33,451 nt of DNA from Actinomycetota bacterium (GTDB lineage Bacteria; Actinomycetota; Acidimicrobiia; Spongiisociales; ZC4RG35), in the NCBI GenBank assembly GCA_032154885.1, contig JALDXP010000001.1:1-33451 (forward strand), in the 5' to 3' direction. Under the pieces are notes generated by a model. That model was given only the letters and a program-made list of their open reading frames with translations, was not told where the DNA came from and searched no databases. The translations under genes and the position numbers were made by a program. How positions within the stretch are numbered: the first letter of the stretch is position 1; every line of letters begins with the position of its first letter. Shown here piece by piece: positions 17,426 to 27,045 of the stretch.

Positions 17426-17848
17426 CTAGCTGCTGGCCCCGGGCAGACCCATTGCAGCCAGCTCATTACGAATCACCCCGGCGGCGTCGTCGAGGTCCTC
17501 ACGCTCGACCGAGGAAGCCGCATTGGAGAAATCCAAATCGTGCATACCATCGATCGGGACGACGTGGATGTGCATGTGCGGAACCTCCAGACCGGCGATC
17601 ATCAGACCGACCCGCGTTGGCTGAAAGACGTTCTGGAGCGCCATGCCGACGTGACCGGCGACGGTGAACAGGTGATTCGACAATTCCGGCGGGCAATCGA
17701 TCCAATGGTCGATCTCCTGCCTCGGCACCACGAGGGTGTGCCCCCGCCGCAAGGGGTTGATGGAGAGAAAGGCAACAGATAGATCATCCCGCCACACGAA
17801 TGTGCCGGGTATCTCTCCATCGATGATGCGGGTGAACAGTGTCGACAT
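17426..17848 (-). CDS. HIT (histidine triad) family protein
   Basis: The protein starts MSTLFTRIIDGEIPGTFVWRDD.... It carries the histidine-triad motif HMHIHVVP and is 140 aa long. Confidence 0.92.
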   Translation of the reverse strand: MSTLFTRIIDGEIPGTFVWRDDLSVAFLSINPLRRGHTLVVPRQEIDHWIDCPPELSNHLFTVAGHVGMALQNVFQPTRVGLMIAGLEVPHMHIHVVPIDGMHDLDFSNAASSVEREDLDDAAGVIRNELAAMGLPGASS

Positions 17849-17872
17849 CGAGCCGAGAATATCTGCCCCCGG

Positions 17873-19078
17873 TCAGCCGCCGGCAACCACCTTCAACAGT
17901 TGGTTGGTTGTGGTGACATACACCTCGCCCGCCCCGTCGACGCCAAAACCAGTCACCTGCCCGGGGACTCCGACCTGCTCGGTCCAGTCCCGAAGCTCGG
18001 TGGCAGCACCATCTGCGAAGAGAAAGCTGCGCAGATACCCGCCGCAATAGTCGGAGTAGAAGTAGTGACCGGCCAACTGGGGAAGCGACGCTCCCCCGTA
18101 GACAGGCCCACCCGTGATGGAGCAGGTGCCGGCGTCGCCGTGCTCGACCTCGAGGACGGGAGTCACCGTCCCGGACCCGTCACAGTCAGACGTGCTGAAG
18201 CAATTGAGGCCCTCGAGAATGGGCCATCCGAAGTTGTGGTCGGGCTGAAGGGGGACGACAGAGACCTCCTCATACGCGTTCTGGCCGACATCGGCGATGT
18301 AGATGGTTTCCCCGTCGATCCAGAAGCGCCACGGGTTGCGCAGCCCCATCGCGTATTTGGTCGGATTTGGCTCGGCACCCTCGACGTCGATGCTCACCAA
18401 CCCGCCGAGGAGCGTGTCCGGGTTCTGGCCGTTTTGGAAACCGTCCCCCGCCCCGCCCCCATCGCCGAGCCCGAGGATGAGGGCGCCATCGGGGGCGAAC
18501 TGGATCATCCCACCATTGTGATTGCCTGCGGGCTGGTCGACCTCCAACAGCACACGTTCGCTTGCCGGGTCGGCCTGTTCCGGGCTGGAGAAAGTGAACT
18601 CGGATACAACGGTGTCTCCCGAGGTATCCGAATAGTGGAGGTAGAAGCGTGCCGGATCCGTTGGGTGAAGTGCCATCGAGAGCAGCCCCTGCTCCCCGTC
18701 ATTGCGAACCCTCTCCAGAATGTCGAGCACGGGCGCCTCTACGATGGCGCTCCCGTCGTGGAGCCATATGCGCCCGTCCTTGGTCACGACGTAGGAGTGG
18801 GCCTCTCCGGCCCGGGCGGTGAGCTGAACGGGAAAGTTGAGGTCTGCCTCAGGCTGATAGGCGAGGACCGTCTCGTCCAGGGCGAGGGTCGAGGTGGTGG
18901 CAGCCGCACTGGTCGTGCCTTCGGCCGGAGCGGACGTGGACGTGATCTCGGGAACGGTTGTTTCGGCGCTCATCGATGACGTGGTGATCGCTGGGATGGT
19001 CGAAGTGGTGGGCTCCTGCTCGGGCTCTGCAGTGCATGCGGCCACGAGGCATAGAACAGGGATGAGAAGGCGGCGCAT
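17873..19078 (-). CDS. PQQ-dependent sugar dehydrogenase, predicted lipoprotein
   Basis: Motifs are GNHNGGMIQFAPDGALILGLGDGGG, GLRNPWRF and LLSMALHP. The N-terminus MRRLLIPVLCLVAAC contains a lipobox-like LVAAC. I set the start at the ATG at 19076-19078. Confidence 0.87.
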   Translation of the reverse strand: MRRLLIPVLCLVAACTAEPEQEPTTSTIPAITTSSMSAETTVPEITSTSAPAEGTTSAAATTSTLALDETVLAYQPEADLNFPVQLTARAGEAHSYVVTKDGRIWLHDGSAIVEAPVLDILERVRNDGEQGLLSMALHPTDPARFYLHYSDTSGDTVVSEFTFSSPEQADPASERVLLEVDQPAGNHNGGMIQFAPDGALILGLGDGGGAGDGFQNGQNPDTLLGGLVSIDVEGAEPNPTKYAMGLRNPWRFWIDGETIYIADVGQNAYEEVSVVPLQPDHNFGWPILEGLNCFSTSDCDGSGTVTPVLEVEHGDAGTCSITGGPVYGGASLPQLAGHYFYSDYCGGYLRSFLFADGAATELRDWTEQVGVPGQVTGFGVDGAGEVYVTTTNQLLKVVAGG

Positions 19079-19110
19079 GCCGGACACGCTAGGTATAAGT
19101 TCCGCCAATC

Positions 19111-20457
19111 GTGGCCGCCGAGCACCACAACGATCCGGGCAGCATCCGTGCCTGGATCACATATGACTGGGCCAACTCGGCCTATGCCACCACGATTCTG
19201 GCCGCCGTGCTCCCGGCCTACTTCGCCGCCGAGGTCGTGGGCGACGCCGGCTTCGACCTCGTCGGTCGCAACTGGACCGGTCAGGATCTTTGGGCTCTCG
19301 CCGTCGGTGCGGGGCCGCTGATCATGTTCCTGGCGACGCCGGTGCTCGGGGCCATCGCCGATTTCTCGGGATCGAAAAGGCGCTTTCTCGTGGTATTCGC
19401 CACTTGGGGGGCCATCTTCACCTCACTTCTCTTCTTCGCCGCTACCGGAGACGTGCTGCTCACACTCGGTATCTTCCTCCTGGCTCACCTCGGATTCGTC
19501 GGCGCCAACGTCTTCTATGACGCCTTTCTCCCCGACCTCACCACCGACGACACCATTGATATGGTCAGCTCCAGGGGCTTCGCTTGGGGATATCTCGGTG
19601 GTGGGCTCCATCTCCTCCTCTCCCTGGCGCTGATCGAGCTCAGTGATGGCCTCATTCCCATCGACACCGCCCTGGCCACGAGGATCGCCATCGGATCGGC
19701 CGGGCTTTGGTGGCTGGGATTCGGAGCGATGGCCTTCAGGCGCTTGCCCCGGGTAGGCAACGCCCAAGAGCTACCCGGCGGTGTCACTCCAACCTGGGGG
19801 GCGTACACCCGGTTCGGGTTCAGCCGTACGTTTGCCACCCTGAAGAAGGTGGTCCGCAACCGGCCGCTGCTCGTGTTCATCATCGCCTTCATGCTGTTCA
19901 ACGACGGGGTGCAAACCACGATCGCTCTTGCGGCGATCTACGCCACCGAGACATTGGACCTCGACATCACGATCGTGATCGTCGGAGTGCTCCTCGTGCA
20001 GTTCATCGCCTACTTCGGCGCGATGGGCTTCGGGCGTCTCGCCGACAGAGTCGGCACCAAGCCCGCACTTCTGGCCAGCATCGCTGTCTGGTCGGCGGTG
20101 ACCCTTGCCGCATTCTTTCTCCCGCCCGGCGGGGCGGTGCCATTCCTGGCCCTCGCCGCAGTCATCGGCTTCGTCCTCGGCGGCACGCAGGCGTTGTCGA
20201 GGAGTCTCTACGGATCGATGATCCCCGAGGATCAATCGGCGGAGTTCTATGGCTTCTACTCGGTGTTCTCCAAGTTCAGCGCGATCTGGGGGCCCTGGAT
20301 GTTCGCCTTCGTCCGCCAGGTGACCGGCTCGGCCCGACTGGCCATCCTCTCGATTGCCGTATTCTTCATCGCGGGCGGCATCCTGTTCAGGTCGGTCGAT
20401 ATCGACGAGGGTCGACGCAACCGGGCGGCACTACGTACCCCGGCGGTCATCACATAA
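19111..20457 (+). CDS. MFS transporter, UMF1/Atg22-like family
   Basis: The N-terminal signature is WITYDWANSAYATTILAAVLPAYF. It is a 448-aa polytopic protein with a GTG start. Confidence 0.85.
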   Translation: MAAEHHNDPGSIRAWITYDWANSAYATTILAAVLPAYFAAEVVGDAGFDLVGRNWTGQDLWALAVGAGPLIMFLATPVLGAIADFSGSKRRFLVVFATWGAIFTSLLFFAATGDVLLTLGIFLLAHLGFVGANVFYDAFLPDLTTDDTIDMVSSRGFAWGYLGGGLHLLLSLALIELSDGLIPIDTALATRIAIGSAGLWWLGFGAMAFRRLPRVGNAQELPGGVTPTWGAYTRFGFSRTFATLKKVVRNRPLLVFIIAFMLFNDGVQTTIALAAIYATETLDLDITIVIVGVLLVQFIAYFGAMGFGRLADRVGTKPALLASIAVWSAVTLAAFFLPPGGAVPFLALAAVIGFVLGGTQALSRSLYGSMIPEDQSAEFYGFYSVFSKFSAIWGPWMFAFVRQVTGSARLAILSIAVFFIAGGILFRSVDIDEGRRNRAALRTPAVIT

Positions 20458-20467
20458 GATCGACTCG

Positions 20468-20812
20468 ATGACCGACGAGCATCAGGACCCGTTGGAAGTT
20501 GAGCGAGACCTTCCTGCCGAGCCCGACGAGCGCGAGACGCCGGCCCGTCGTTCGGGAGCCACTGGGATCGCGTGGGGGGCCATCTTCGCGTTCGCCGGGA
20601 TCGCCCTGGTCATCGTCTTCGCGGTCCAGAACACGGACCCGGTACCGGTCAGGTTCCTCTGGATGGAGGGAGAGCACCCGCTGGCCATCGTGATCCTGAT
20701 CACGGTCGGTGTCGTGATCCTGCTGACCGAGCTGATAGGTGTCAGCTATCGCAAGCGACGGCGTCGGCGGCGCGAGGAGAGAGATGAGCTGCGGAGGTTG
20801 CGGGACGTGTGA
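20468..20812 (+). CDS. LapA/DUF1049-family small membrane protein
   Basis: It starts at MTDEHQDP.... It has two TM helices with VQNTDPVPVRFLW between them, and a basic tail KRRRRRREE. The earlier ORF start at 20354 would overlap the MFS gene. Confidence 0.65.
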   Translation: MTDEHQDPLEVERDLPAEPDERETPARRSGATGIAWGAIFAFAGIALVIVFAVQNTDPVPVRFLWMEGEHPLAIVILITVGVVILLTELIGVSYRKRRRRRREERDELRRLRDV

Positions 20813-21624
20813 GCATGCCCGCCGGGGCTCTGGCCCTGGTCATCCTCCTCTGTGCCTGCTGGTCGCCTGGACAAGGAAGCGGGAACGCGGAATCGCCCGA
20901 AGACCTCGTTCCTGGGCGCGTCATACGGGTGAATGACGGAGATTCTGCCGTGGTTGCCACCGAAGACTCCGACATCGAAGTGAGGCTGATGGGTGTCAAC
21001 GCCCCCGAGCAGGTCGAGTGCCACTACCACGATTCGACGAATCATCTCGCCGGGCTGATCGACGGCGAATCGGTCGCCCTAGAAGTGATCTCGACCGACC
21101 AGTTCGACCGCACCCTGGCCTATGTCTGGCTAGATGGCCTGCTCGTGAACCAGGACCTGGTGAGTGGCGGTTTCGCCATCGCCACCACTCCATCGCAGGA
21201 CGGCGATCCCCATGGTGAAATGCTCCTCGCAGCCGAGGACACCGCCTTCGAGGCGGGACTGGGTCTGTGGTCCCACTCCGTATGCGGCTCGGCTGGTCCG
21301 CTCCCTGAAGTGGTCGTCGATGCCCGTGGGTCCGAATTCGACCCGTCCGGGCCGGATGAGGAGGTCCTCGACGAGGAGTGGGTTTCGCTCACAAGCGTCG
21401 AGACCGTCGATGTGGGCGGCTGGACGATCCGTGACGAGTCGTCGCAACATCGGTGCCACCTCCCTTCGGGCACCACGATCTCACCGGGCCGAGGCCTGAC
21501 CGTGACGAGCGCAGACGAGTGTTGGGACCCGGGCGGCAGCTCGGTGTGGAACAACAGCGGAGACATGATCCTGCTGCTCGACGATTCGGGCACGGTTTTA
21601 GAGCGACATCGTTACGGTCCATGA
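20809..21624 (+). CDS. secreted thermonuclease (SNase) fused to a lamin-tail domain, predicted lipoprotein
   Basis: The signal peptide ends LLCAC. SNase motifs are RLMGVNAPE and DRTLAYVWLDG. The C-terminal EWVSLTSVETVDVGGWTIRDES... is LTD-like. The GTGA start overlaps the upstream stop. Confidence 0.85.
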   Translation: MSMPAGALALVILLCACWSPGQGSGNAESPEDLVPGRVIRVNDGDSAVVATEDSDIEVRLMGVNAPEQVECHYHDSTNHLAGLIDGESVALEVISTDQFDRTLAYVWLDGLLVNQDLVSGGFAIATTPSQDGDPHGEMLLAAEDTAFEAGLGLWSHSVCGSAGPLPEVVVDARGSEFDPSGPDEEVLDEEWVSLTSVETVDVGGWTIRDESSQHRCHLPSGTTISPGRGLTVTSADECWDPGGSSVWNNSGDMILLLDDSGTVLERHRYGP

Positions 21625-21740
21625 TTCGAACGGGTCACCGCAACCGGGTCAACCCGACATGTCAGATTGGTTTGCTTGATTCCCGATCTGGATAACAATG
21701 GCCCGGCACAGGCAACCTGTGCCCTCATAGGAGTTGAAGA

Positions 21741-21932
21741 ATGATCTTTGGTTATCTGGACCCGGGCTCAGGCAGCCTGATCCTGCAGGCCGTCATCGGG
21801 GGCCTCACCGGCATCGGTGTCGCCTACAAGGCCTACCGCGCCAGACGCGGCCTCGGCAAGGTCGATCCTGATTCCGAGCATGAAGGTGACGAGGAGAACG
21901 CTGGAGACGCGGCGCTTCCCGCCGAGTCCTGA
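21741..21932 (+). CDS. small membrane protein (MxFGYLDPGSGS N-terminal motif)
   Basis: The 63-aa ORF has a good SD (AGGAG, 7 nt upstream of the ATG). It has one TM helix and then an acidic tail. It lies 9 nt upstream of the methyltransferase gene. Confidence 0.55.
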   Translation: MIFGYLDPGSGSLILQAVIGGLTGIGVAYKAYRARRGLGKVDPDSEHEGDEENAGDAALPAES

Positions 21933-21941
21933 CATCCCTTC

Positions 21942-23300
21942 ATGAGCACGCCCGACCCCGGGTCGTTCCGAGACCCGGCCTCCCGCGTCGTCATCGACGG
22001 CGACAAGGTGATGCGTCTACTCGACGAGCGAGGGCTCGAAGGGTGGCGCGCGCTGTCCGCGACGGAATTCTTCCGCAAGGCGGTGGACGACAGCCTGCTC
22101 ATCCATTCGGTGGAGATCGATCCACCTGAGGGCAGCGCTGGTGCATTGAGGCACCCACGACTCGATCTGATCACCTACCCCTACGAGTGGACCTTCTCGA
22201 TGCTCCGGGATGCCGCCTTGCTCCAGCTCAGCCTGCTCGAGGGGGCGCTATCGGCGGGACTCACGATCAAGGACGCCACGCCGTACAACATCCAGTTCGT
22301 CGATGGGCGGCCGATGTTCATCGATATCGGGTCGTTCGAGCCTTATCGCAAAGGCGAGCCCTGGATCGGCTATCGACAATTCACCCGTCAGTTCTTATTC
22401 CCGCTTTTGCTCCGGGCTTGGGTGGGCGTCCCCTTCCAGCCCTGGCTACGCGGGGACCTGGAGGGACTCACACCCGACCAGATGTCGAAGCTCCTGGCGG
22501 GGAGGAAGCGCTTCAACACCAGTGCCCTGCTCCATGTACGGCTACAGGCCCGCATGGAGTCCCGGATGGCCGATCGCGCCATGCGTCAGGAGTTGAGCGA
22601 AGCCGGCTTCAGCGCTGATCTGATCCTGGCCAATGTCAGGAAGCTGCAAACACTGGTCGGCTCCCTTCAATGGGACGACGGTGAGCAGGGATGGTCCAAC
22701 TACGTCGAGTGCAGCCACGTCACCCGCGACCGGACTTCGAAGGGCGAATTCCTCGATTCGGCGCTGAAGAGATTCGTTCCGCGGCGGGTGGTCGACCTGG
22801 GGGCCAACGATGGCCATTTCTCCCGCATCGCCGCCGAAAACGGGGCATTGGCGATCGCGATCGACAGCTATGAGCCGGTGCTCGACGAGGTGTATCGGGG
22901 CAGTGCCGGCACCGGCATCGCCGTCGCCCTCACCGAGCTGGCCAACCCATCACCGTCCCAGGGCTGGGCCGGGAAGGAGAGAGCCTCGTTGATGGAGCGC
23001 GCCCGTCCCGATCTGATCATCGCGTACGGGGTGATCCATCATCTGATCTACGGATCGAGTATCCCTCCCCGCGAGGTGGTGCGGTGGCTGGCCTCGTTCC
23101 GTTGCCCCGTTGTCGTCGAGTTCGTCTCTCCTTCGGATGAGATGGTGATCAAGCTCGTCGGCAACAAACTTCCTCACGAGCTTCACCCCGGAGGTGAGGA
23201 GTCGGAGTTCCGGGGGCTACTCGACGAGTCATTCGTCACCGTTGAAGAGAGCACTCTCTCCTCGGGTACGAGGATTCTTTTCTCACTCGAGCCGCGATGA
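21942..23300 (+). CDS. class I SAM-dependent methyltransferase with an N-terminal kinase-like domain (NoeA-like)
   Basis: The C-terminal half has SAM motif I, VVDLGANDGHF. The N-terminal half has GSFRDPASRV and a kinase-like IKDATPYNIQF...FIDIGSFE segment. Confidence 0.85.
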   Translation: MSTPDPGSFRDPASRVVIDGDKVMRLLDERGLEGWRALSATEFFRKAVDDSLLIHSVEIDPPEGSAGALRHPRLDLITYPYEWTFSMLRDAALLQLSLLEGALSAGLTIKDATPYNIQFVDGRPMFIDIGSFEPYRKGEPWIGYRQFTRQFLFPLLLRAWVGVPFQPWLRGDLEGLTPDQMSKLLAGRKRFNTSALLHVRLQARMESRMADRAMRQELSEAGFSADLILANVRKLQTLVGSLQWDDGEQGWSNYVECSHVTRDRTSKGEFLDSALKRFVPRRVVDLGANDGHFSRIAAENGALAIAIDSYEPVLDEVYRGSAGTGIAVALTELANPSPSQGWAGKERASLMERARPDLIIAYGVIHHLIYGSSIPPREVVRWLASFRCPVVVEFVSPSDEMVIKLVGNKLPHELHPGGEESEFRGLLDESFVTVEESTLSSGTRILFSLEPR

Positions 23301-25393
23301 AGCCGGGGCGGCTGGGCTCGTCGCCCTGGTTGATGGTGCCTTTGTCTTTGGCAGCGGTGGGTGCGTTTGCCCTGGCTCAGCCCGTCCTCGACCTCCTCGG
23401 GAGAAATCCGGAGTTCTTCATCGCCCGGGGCTTCACCGCGATCGATGTCATCCTGTTCCCGGCCCTGCTGCTCCTATTGCCGGCGCTGCTCTCGCTCCCG
23501 GTCCTCGCGCTCCGCTGGATCGGTCCCCGGACGGCAGGCATTGGGCACGCCATCGTCATCGGGGTGCTCTTCTCCCTTTTCGTCGCCAATGCCTGGGTCG
23601 CCTTGTTCGGAAGCGACACCTCCACACTTCTCTTCGGTGCGGCGGTGGCCGTCTCCGGGATCGTGTTCGGCTGTGCGTTCCTCGCCTTCCCGGTCATCCA
23701 GACCGGGACGGTCTACGCCGCCTGGGCCGTACCGATCTTTGCCGCCTGGTTCCTCTTCATGACCCCGTCGGGCGATGTGGCCCTGGCCCGATCCGGCGAC
23801 CTCCCCGAGACCGGTGAGGTCCAGAACCCGGTGCCCGTCGTGCTGCTGGTGTTCGACGAGTTCCCGGTGGCCACGTTGATCGATTCGCAGGGCAACCTCC
23901 TGGGCGACCTTTTCCCCAATCTCGCCGAACTGGCCAGTGATGGCATCTGGTACCGAAACGCCGTGGGGGTGCGACAGCAGACCGAAGAGGCCCTGCCCAG
24001 CATTCTCAGCGGCGTAGGAGCCGACGAAGGGAGCATTCCAACCTCCTCGGACCACCCACTCAACCTGTTCACCTTGTTCTCGGACGCCTACGACATCGCA
24101 GCGGTGGAGACCGTCACCAACCTCTGCCCGGACTTCGCATGCAGCAACTCGAGCAGGCGGATCGCCCCATGGCTGGAGCGATGGACAGGACTCGGCGTCG
24201 ATATCGCCGTGGTGTACGGGCATCTCACGACACCGCGCGAAGTATCAGATGAGCTGCCGCCGATCGACCAGACGTGGGGCAATTTCACCACCGGTGAGAA
24301 CTCGGACTTCGACATCATCGACCGCTTCCTTGCCAACGTCGACGACGATCGAAGACTCGAGGTGGATCGACTCCTCGACACCTTCCAGTTCGATGAGGCA
24401 GAGCCAGCCCTTCGCTTCGGCCACTTCCTCTACCCCCACCACCCGTGGGAGGTGACTGCGGATGGTCACCGGACGGGTGCGGGCAGCTCACCGGGAGCCG
24501 AAGGGATGGGTTGGACGAACGACACGTGGCTCGTCGGTCAGGGCTATCAGCGGCACATCCTGCAGTCCCAGTATGCGGATACCGTCGTCGGGTCGGTCAT
24601 GGATCGTCTGCGCGAAGAAGGCGTCTACGACGAAGCCCTGGTCATGGTCGTGGCCGACCATGGGATCACCATCGGCCCCGGAGTGGAGAACCAGCGGTTG
24701 ATCACGGAGGACACTATCGGAACCATTGCCGCAGTCCCGATGTTCGTGAAATACCCCTCCGGACAAGCAGGAGTCGAGCCAGGGACGATCGACGACGTGA
24801 GAGCCGAGACTGTCGACATCCTCCCCACGGTCAGCGATGTGACCCGGACCGAGGTCCCGTGGAGCATGGAGGGGATGTCGCTGCTCGACCCGGAACGGGC
24901 CACCCGGGCCGAATCGGTGATGGTGGGACGGGAAGGCCCCGTCTCGATCGGAATCGGCGGTGAGGAGAAGCTCGCCGCCGCCGCCCTCAAAGAGAGCTGG
25001 TTCCCCGGAGGGAACCCATGGTCACTCGTCCCGCCGGGTTGGCAGGAGTGGATTGGCCGCCCGCTGTCCGATGCGAACAATGTCGAGGACAGGGAGGACG
25101 TCATGGTGAGTGTTCGACAGCAGGATCTGTTGGACGAGGTCCCACCCGACCCGGATGTCCTCCCGGTATTCATCTCCGGGAGCGTGACACTCGATCGGGA
25201 AGCGACCGGTCAGGAGATCTTGGTGGCGTCGGTCGACGGCGTTGTGAGAGCTGCCACCCGTGTGTTCGAGCCCGATGGGCGCTCCGCCCGATACGAGGTG
25301 ATGATCCCGCCCGAACTGCTCCATCCTGGTGACAACGATGTGATGGTCTGGTTCGCCGACGGTGACTCATCAAATCCTGCCTTCGTCAGATAG
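23297..25393 (+). CDS. membrane-anchored sulfatase / alkaline-phosphatase-superfamily enzyme (LTA-synthase-like)
   Basis: About 5 N-terminal TM helices are followed by an extracytoplasmic domain with VVLLVFDEFP, HFLYPHHPW and MVVADHGI. The ATGA start overlaps the methyltransferase stop. Confidence 0.85.
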   Translation: MKPGRLGSSPWLMVPLSLAAVGAFALAQPVLDLLGRNPEFFIARGFTAIDVILFPALLLLLPALLSLPVLALRWIGPRTAGIGHAIVIGVLFSLFVANAWVALFGSDTSTLLFGAAVAVSGIVFGCAFLAFPVIQTGTVYAAWAVPIFAAWFLFMTPSGDVALARSGDLPETGEVQNPVPVVLLVFDEFPVATLIDSQGNLLGDLFPNLAELASDGIWYRNAVGVRQQTEEALPSILSGVGADEGSIPTSSDHPLNLFTLFSDAYDIAAVETVTNLCPDFACSNSSRRIAPWLERWTGLGVDIAVVYGHLTTPREVSDELPPIDQTWGNFTTGENSDFDIIDRFLANVDDDRRLEVDRLLDTFQFDEAEPALRFGHFLYPHHPWEVTADGHRTGAGSSPGAEGMGWTNDTWLVGQGYQRHILQSQYADTVVGSVMDRLREEGVYDEALVMVVADHGITIGPGVENQRLITEDTIGTIAAVPMFVKYPSGQAGVEPGTIDDVRAETVDILPTVSDVTRTEVPWSMEGMSLLDPERATRAESVMVGREGPVSIGIGGEEKLAAAALKESWFPGGNPWSLVPPGWQEWIGRPLSDANNVEDREDVMVSVRQQDLLDEVPPDPDVLPVFISGSVTLDREATGQEILVASVDGVVRAATRVFEPDGRSARYEVMIPPELLHPGDNDVMVWFADGDSSNPAFVR

Positions 25394-25465
25394 CCGGCCG
25401 TCGAACCGGCGCCGTCGCTCCCGTCACCTACGATTGGCAGCGCCCGGCTCGAGAAGGGACATGAG

Positions 25466-25789
25466 ATGGGACTTATGGACACCATCAAAGGATGGTTCGG
25501 AAATGCCAAGGAAGAGGGCGCGGATCTCGCCGACAAGACCATGGATCAGGCCTCCGAGCTGGTGGACAAGGCCGAGCCCTACGTAGACAAGACCCAGGAC
25601 TTCGCCGAGGACGCTGCCGACACGGCCGGAGACAACATCGAAAACCTCAAGGACTCGGGATCGGATTCAGTCAATCGTGCCCAGGACAAGGCAGCCGAGG
25701 CGGCCGACGCCGCCAAGGACGCCGCAGGAAACGCGGCCGATGCAGTCGAAGGTGCCGTGGACGACGTCAAGGACGCGCTGGACAGCTGA
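25466..25789 (+). CDS. small acidic helical protein (Rv0909/CsbD/LEA-like)
   Basis: The 107-aa ORF starts MGLMDTIKGWFGN... and continues with repetitive DKA/AADA segments. The coding call rests on codon bias and on resemblance to small actinobacterial stress or antitoxin-like proteins. Confidence 0.55.
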   Translation: MGLMDTIKGWFGNAKEEGADLADKTMDQASELVDKAEPYVDKTQDFAEDAADTAGDNIENLKDSGSDSVNRAQDKAAEAADAAKDAAGNAADAVEGAVDDVKDALDS

Positions 25790-25833
25790 CGGAACCACAC
25801 GCCCGACCAGGATCCCATGACCGATACTGAACG

Positions 25834-27009
25834 ATGAAACGCGCCTCAGACCGTCTCAACAGCATTCCCCCATCAGCCACCCTCGGCATCAGCGCACGAG
25901 CCAGGGAGCTGCGCGCCGAGGGCCTCGACGTGATCAGCTTCGGCGCGGGTGAGCCCGATTTCGCCACACCCGAGCACGTCGTGGCCGCCGCAGCGCGCGC
26001 TTGTTACGACCCGGAGAACCACAAGTACACGGCTTCAGCGGGTCTTCGGCCGCTGCGGGAAGCCATTGCAGAGGACGTGGGCCGATACTCCGGAGTCGAG
26101 GTCGACTGGTCAGAGGTGATGGTCACCAACGGGGCCAAGCAAGCTGTCTTCCAGGCGTTTGCGGCTCTTCTCGACCCGGGCGACGAGGTCCTGCTCCCGT
26201 CGCCCCACTGGGTCACCTACCCGGCAGGCATCGACCTGGCCGGCGGGGTCACTGTCTCGGTGCCCACGAGGATCGAGGACGAGTTCAAGGTCGACGTCGA
26301 GAGTCTCGAGCGGGCGCGGACAGATCGAACGAGGCTGCTCGTGTTCGTCTCTCCTTCCAACCCGACCGGGGCTGTGTACACGCAGGAGGAAGCGCGTGCC
26401 ATTGGTGAGTGGGCCAAGGCCAATGACATCTGGGTGATCGCCGACGAGATCTACCAGCGTCTCACCTATTTCACCGATGTTGCGCCCTCCATAGCTGCGG
26501 TGACTCCTCGCTTCGACAACTGGGTGCTCATCAACGGTGTGGCCAAGTCGTACTCCATGACCGGTTGGCGGGTGGGCTGGATGGTCGGCCCGTCCGACAT
26601 CATCGATGCTGCCAACAGCCACCAGTCCCACGCCACGGGCAACGTCGACAACGTCGCCCAACACGCCGCCCTGGCGGCACTCCGGGGACCTCAGGACACG
26701 GTGGACGAGATGCGTCAGGCGTTCGACAACAGACGCAAGCTGATGCTCTCGCTGGTCAGCAACATTCCGGGTGTCAGATGCGTCGAGCCCCAGGGCGCGT
26801 TCTACGTCTTCCCCGACGTGACCGGAGCCATGGAGGGGCGGTGGGACTCCACTTCTGACCTGGCCACGGTCATCCTCGAAGAGGCAGGAGTGGCGTTGGT
26901 CCCCGGCGAGTCGTTCGGGGTGCCCGGGTATCTGCGACTCTCGTATGCCACCGGGGAGACCGAGATCGAAAGAGGTATGGAGCGCATCGGCCTTCTCCTG
27001 GCCGGTTGA
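25834..27009 (+). CDS. aspartate aminotransferase (class I PLP-dependent aminotransferase)
   Basis: Motifs are SFGAGEPDFATPEHV, SPSNPTGAVY and the PLP-lysine motif AKSYSMTGWRVGW. The length is 391 aa. Confidence 0.92.
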   Translation: MKRASDRLNSIPPSATLGISARARELRAEGLDVISFGAGEPDFATPEHVVAAAARACYDPENHKYTASAGLRPLREAIAEDVGRYSGVEVDWSEVMVTNGAKQAVFQAFAALLDPGDEVLLPSPHWVTYPAGIDLAGGVTVSVPTRIEDEFKVDVESLERARTDRTRLLVFVSPSNPTGAVYTQEEARAIGEWAKANDIWVIADEIYQRLTYFTDVAPSIAAVTPRFDNWVLINGVAKSYSMTGWRVGWMVGPSDIIDAANSHQSHATGNVDNVAQHAALAALRGPQDTVDEMRQAFDNRRKLMLSLVSNIPGVRCVEPQGAFYVFPDVTGAMEGRWDSTSDLATVILEEAGVALVPGESFGVPGYLRLSYATGETEIERGMERIGLLLAG

Positions 27010-27045
27010 CAGGCGTCATCTGAACCGGGTTTACACTCGCCGACG

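Noticed and set aside
17900-18979. 359-aa ORF (+) opposite the PQQ dehydrogenase
   Set aside because: It is an antisense shadow ORF rich in R/G/V/P with no motifs. The minus-strand product has clear PQQ-sugar-dehydrogenase motifs.
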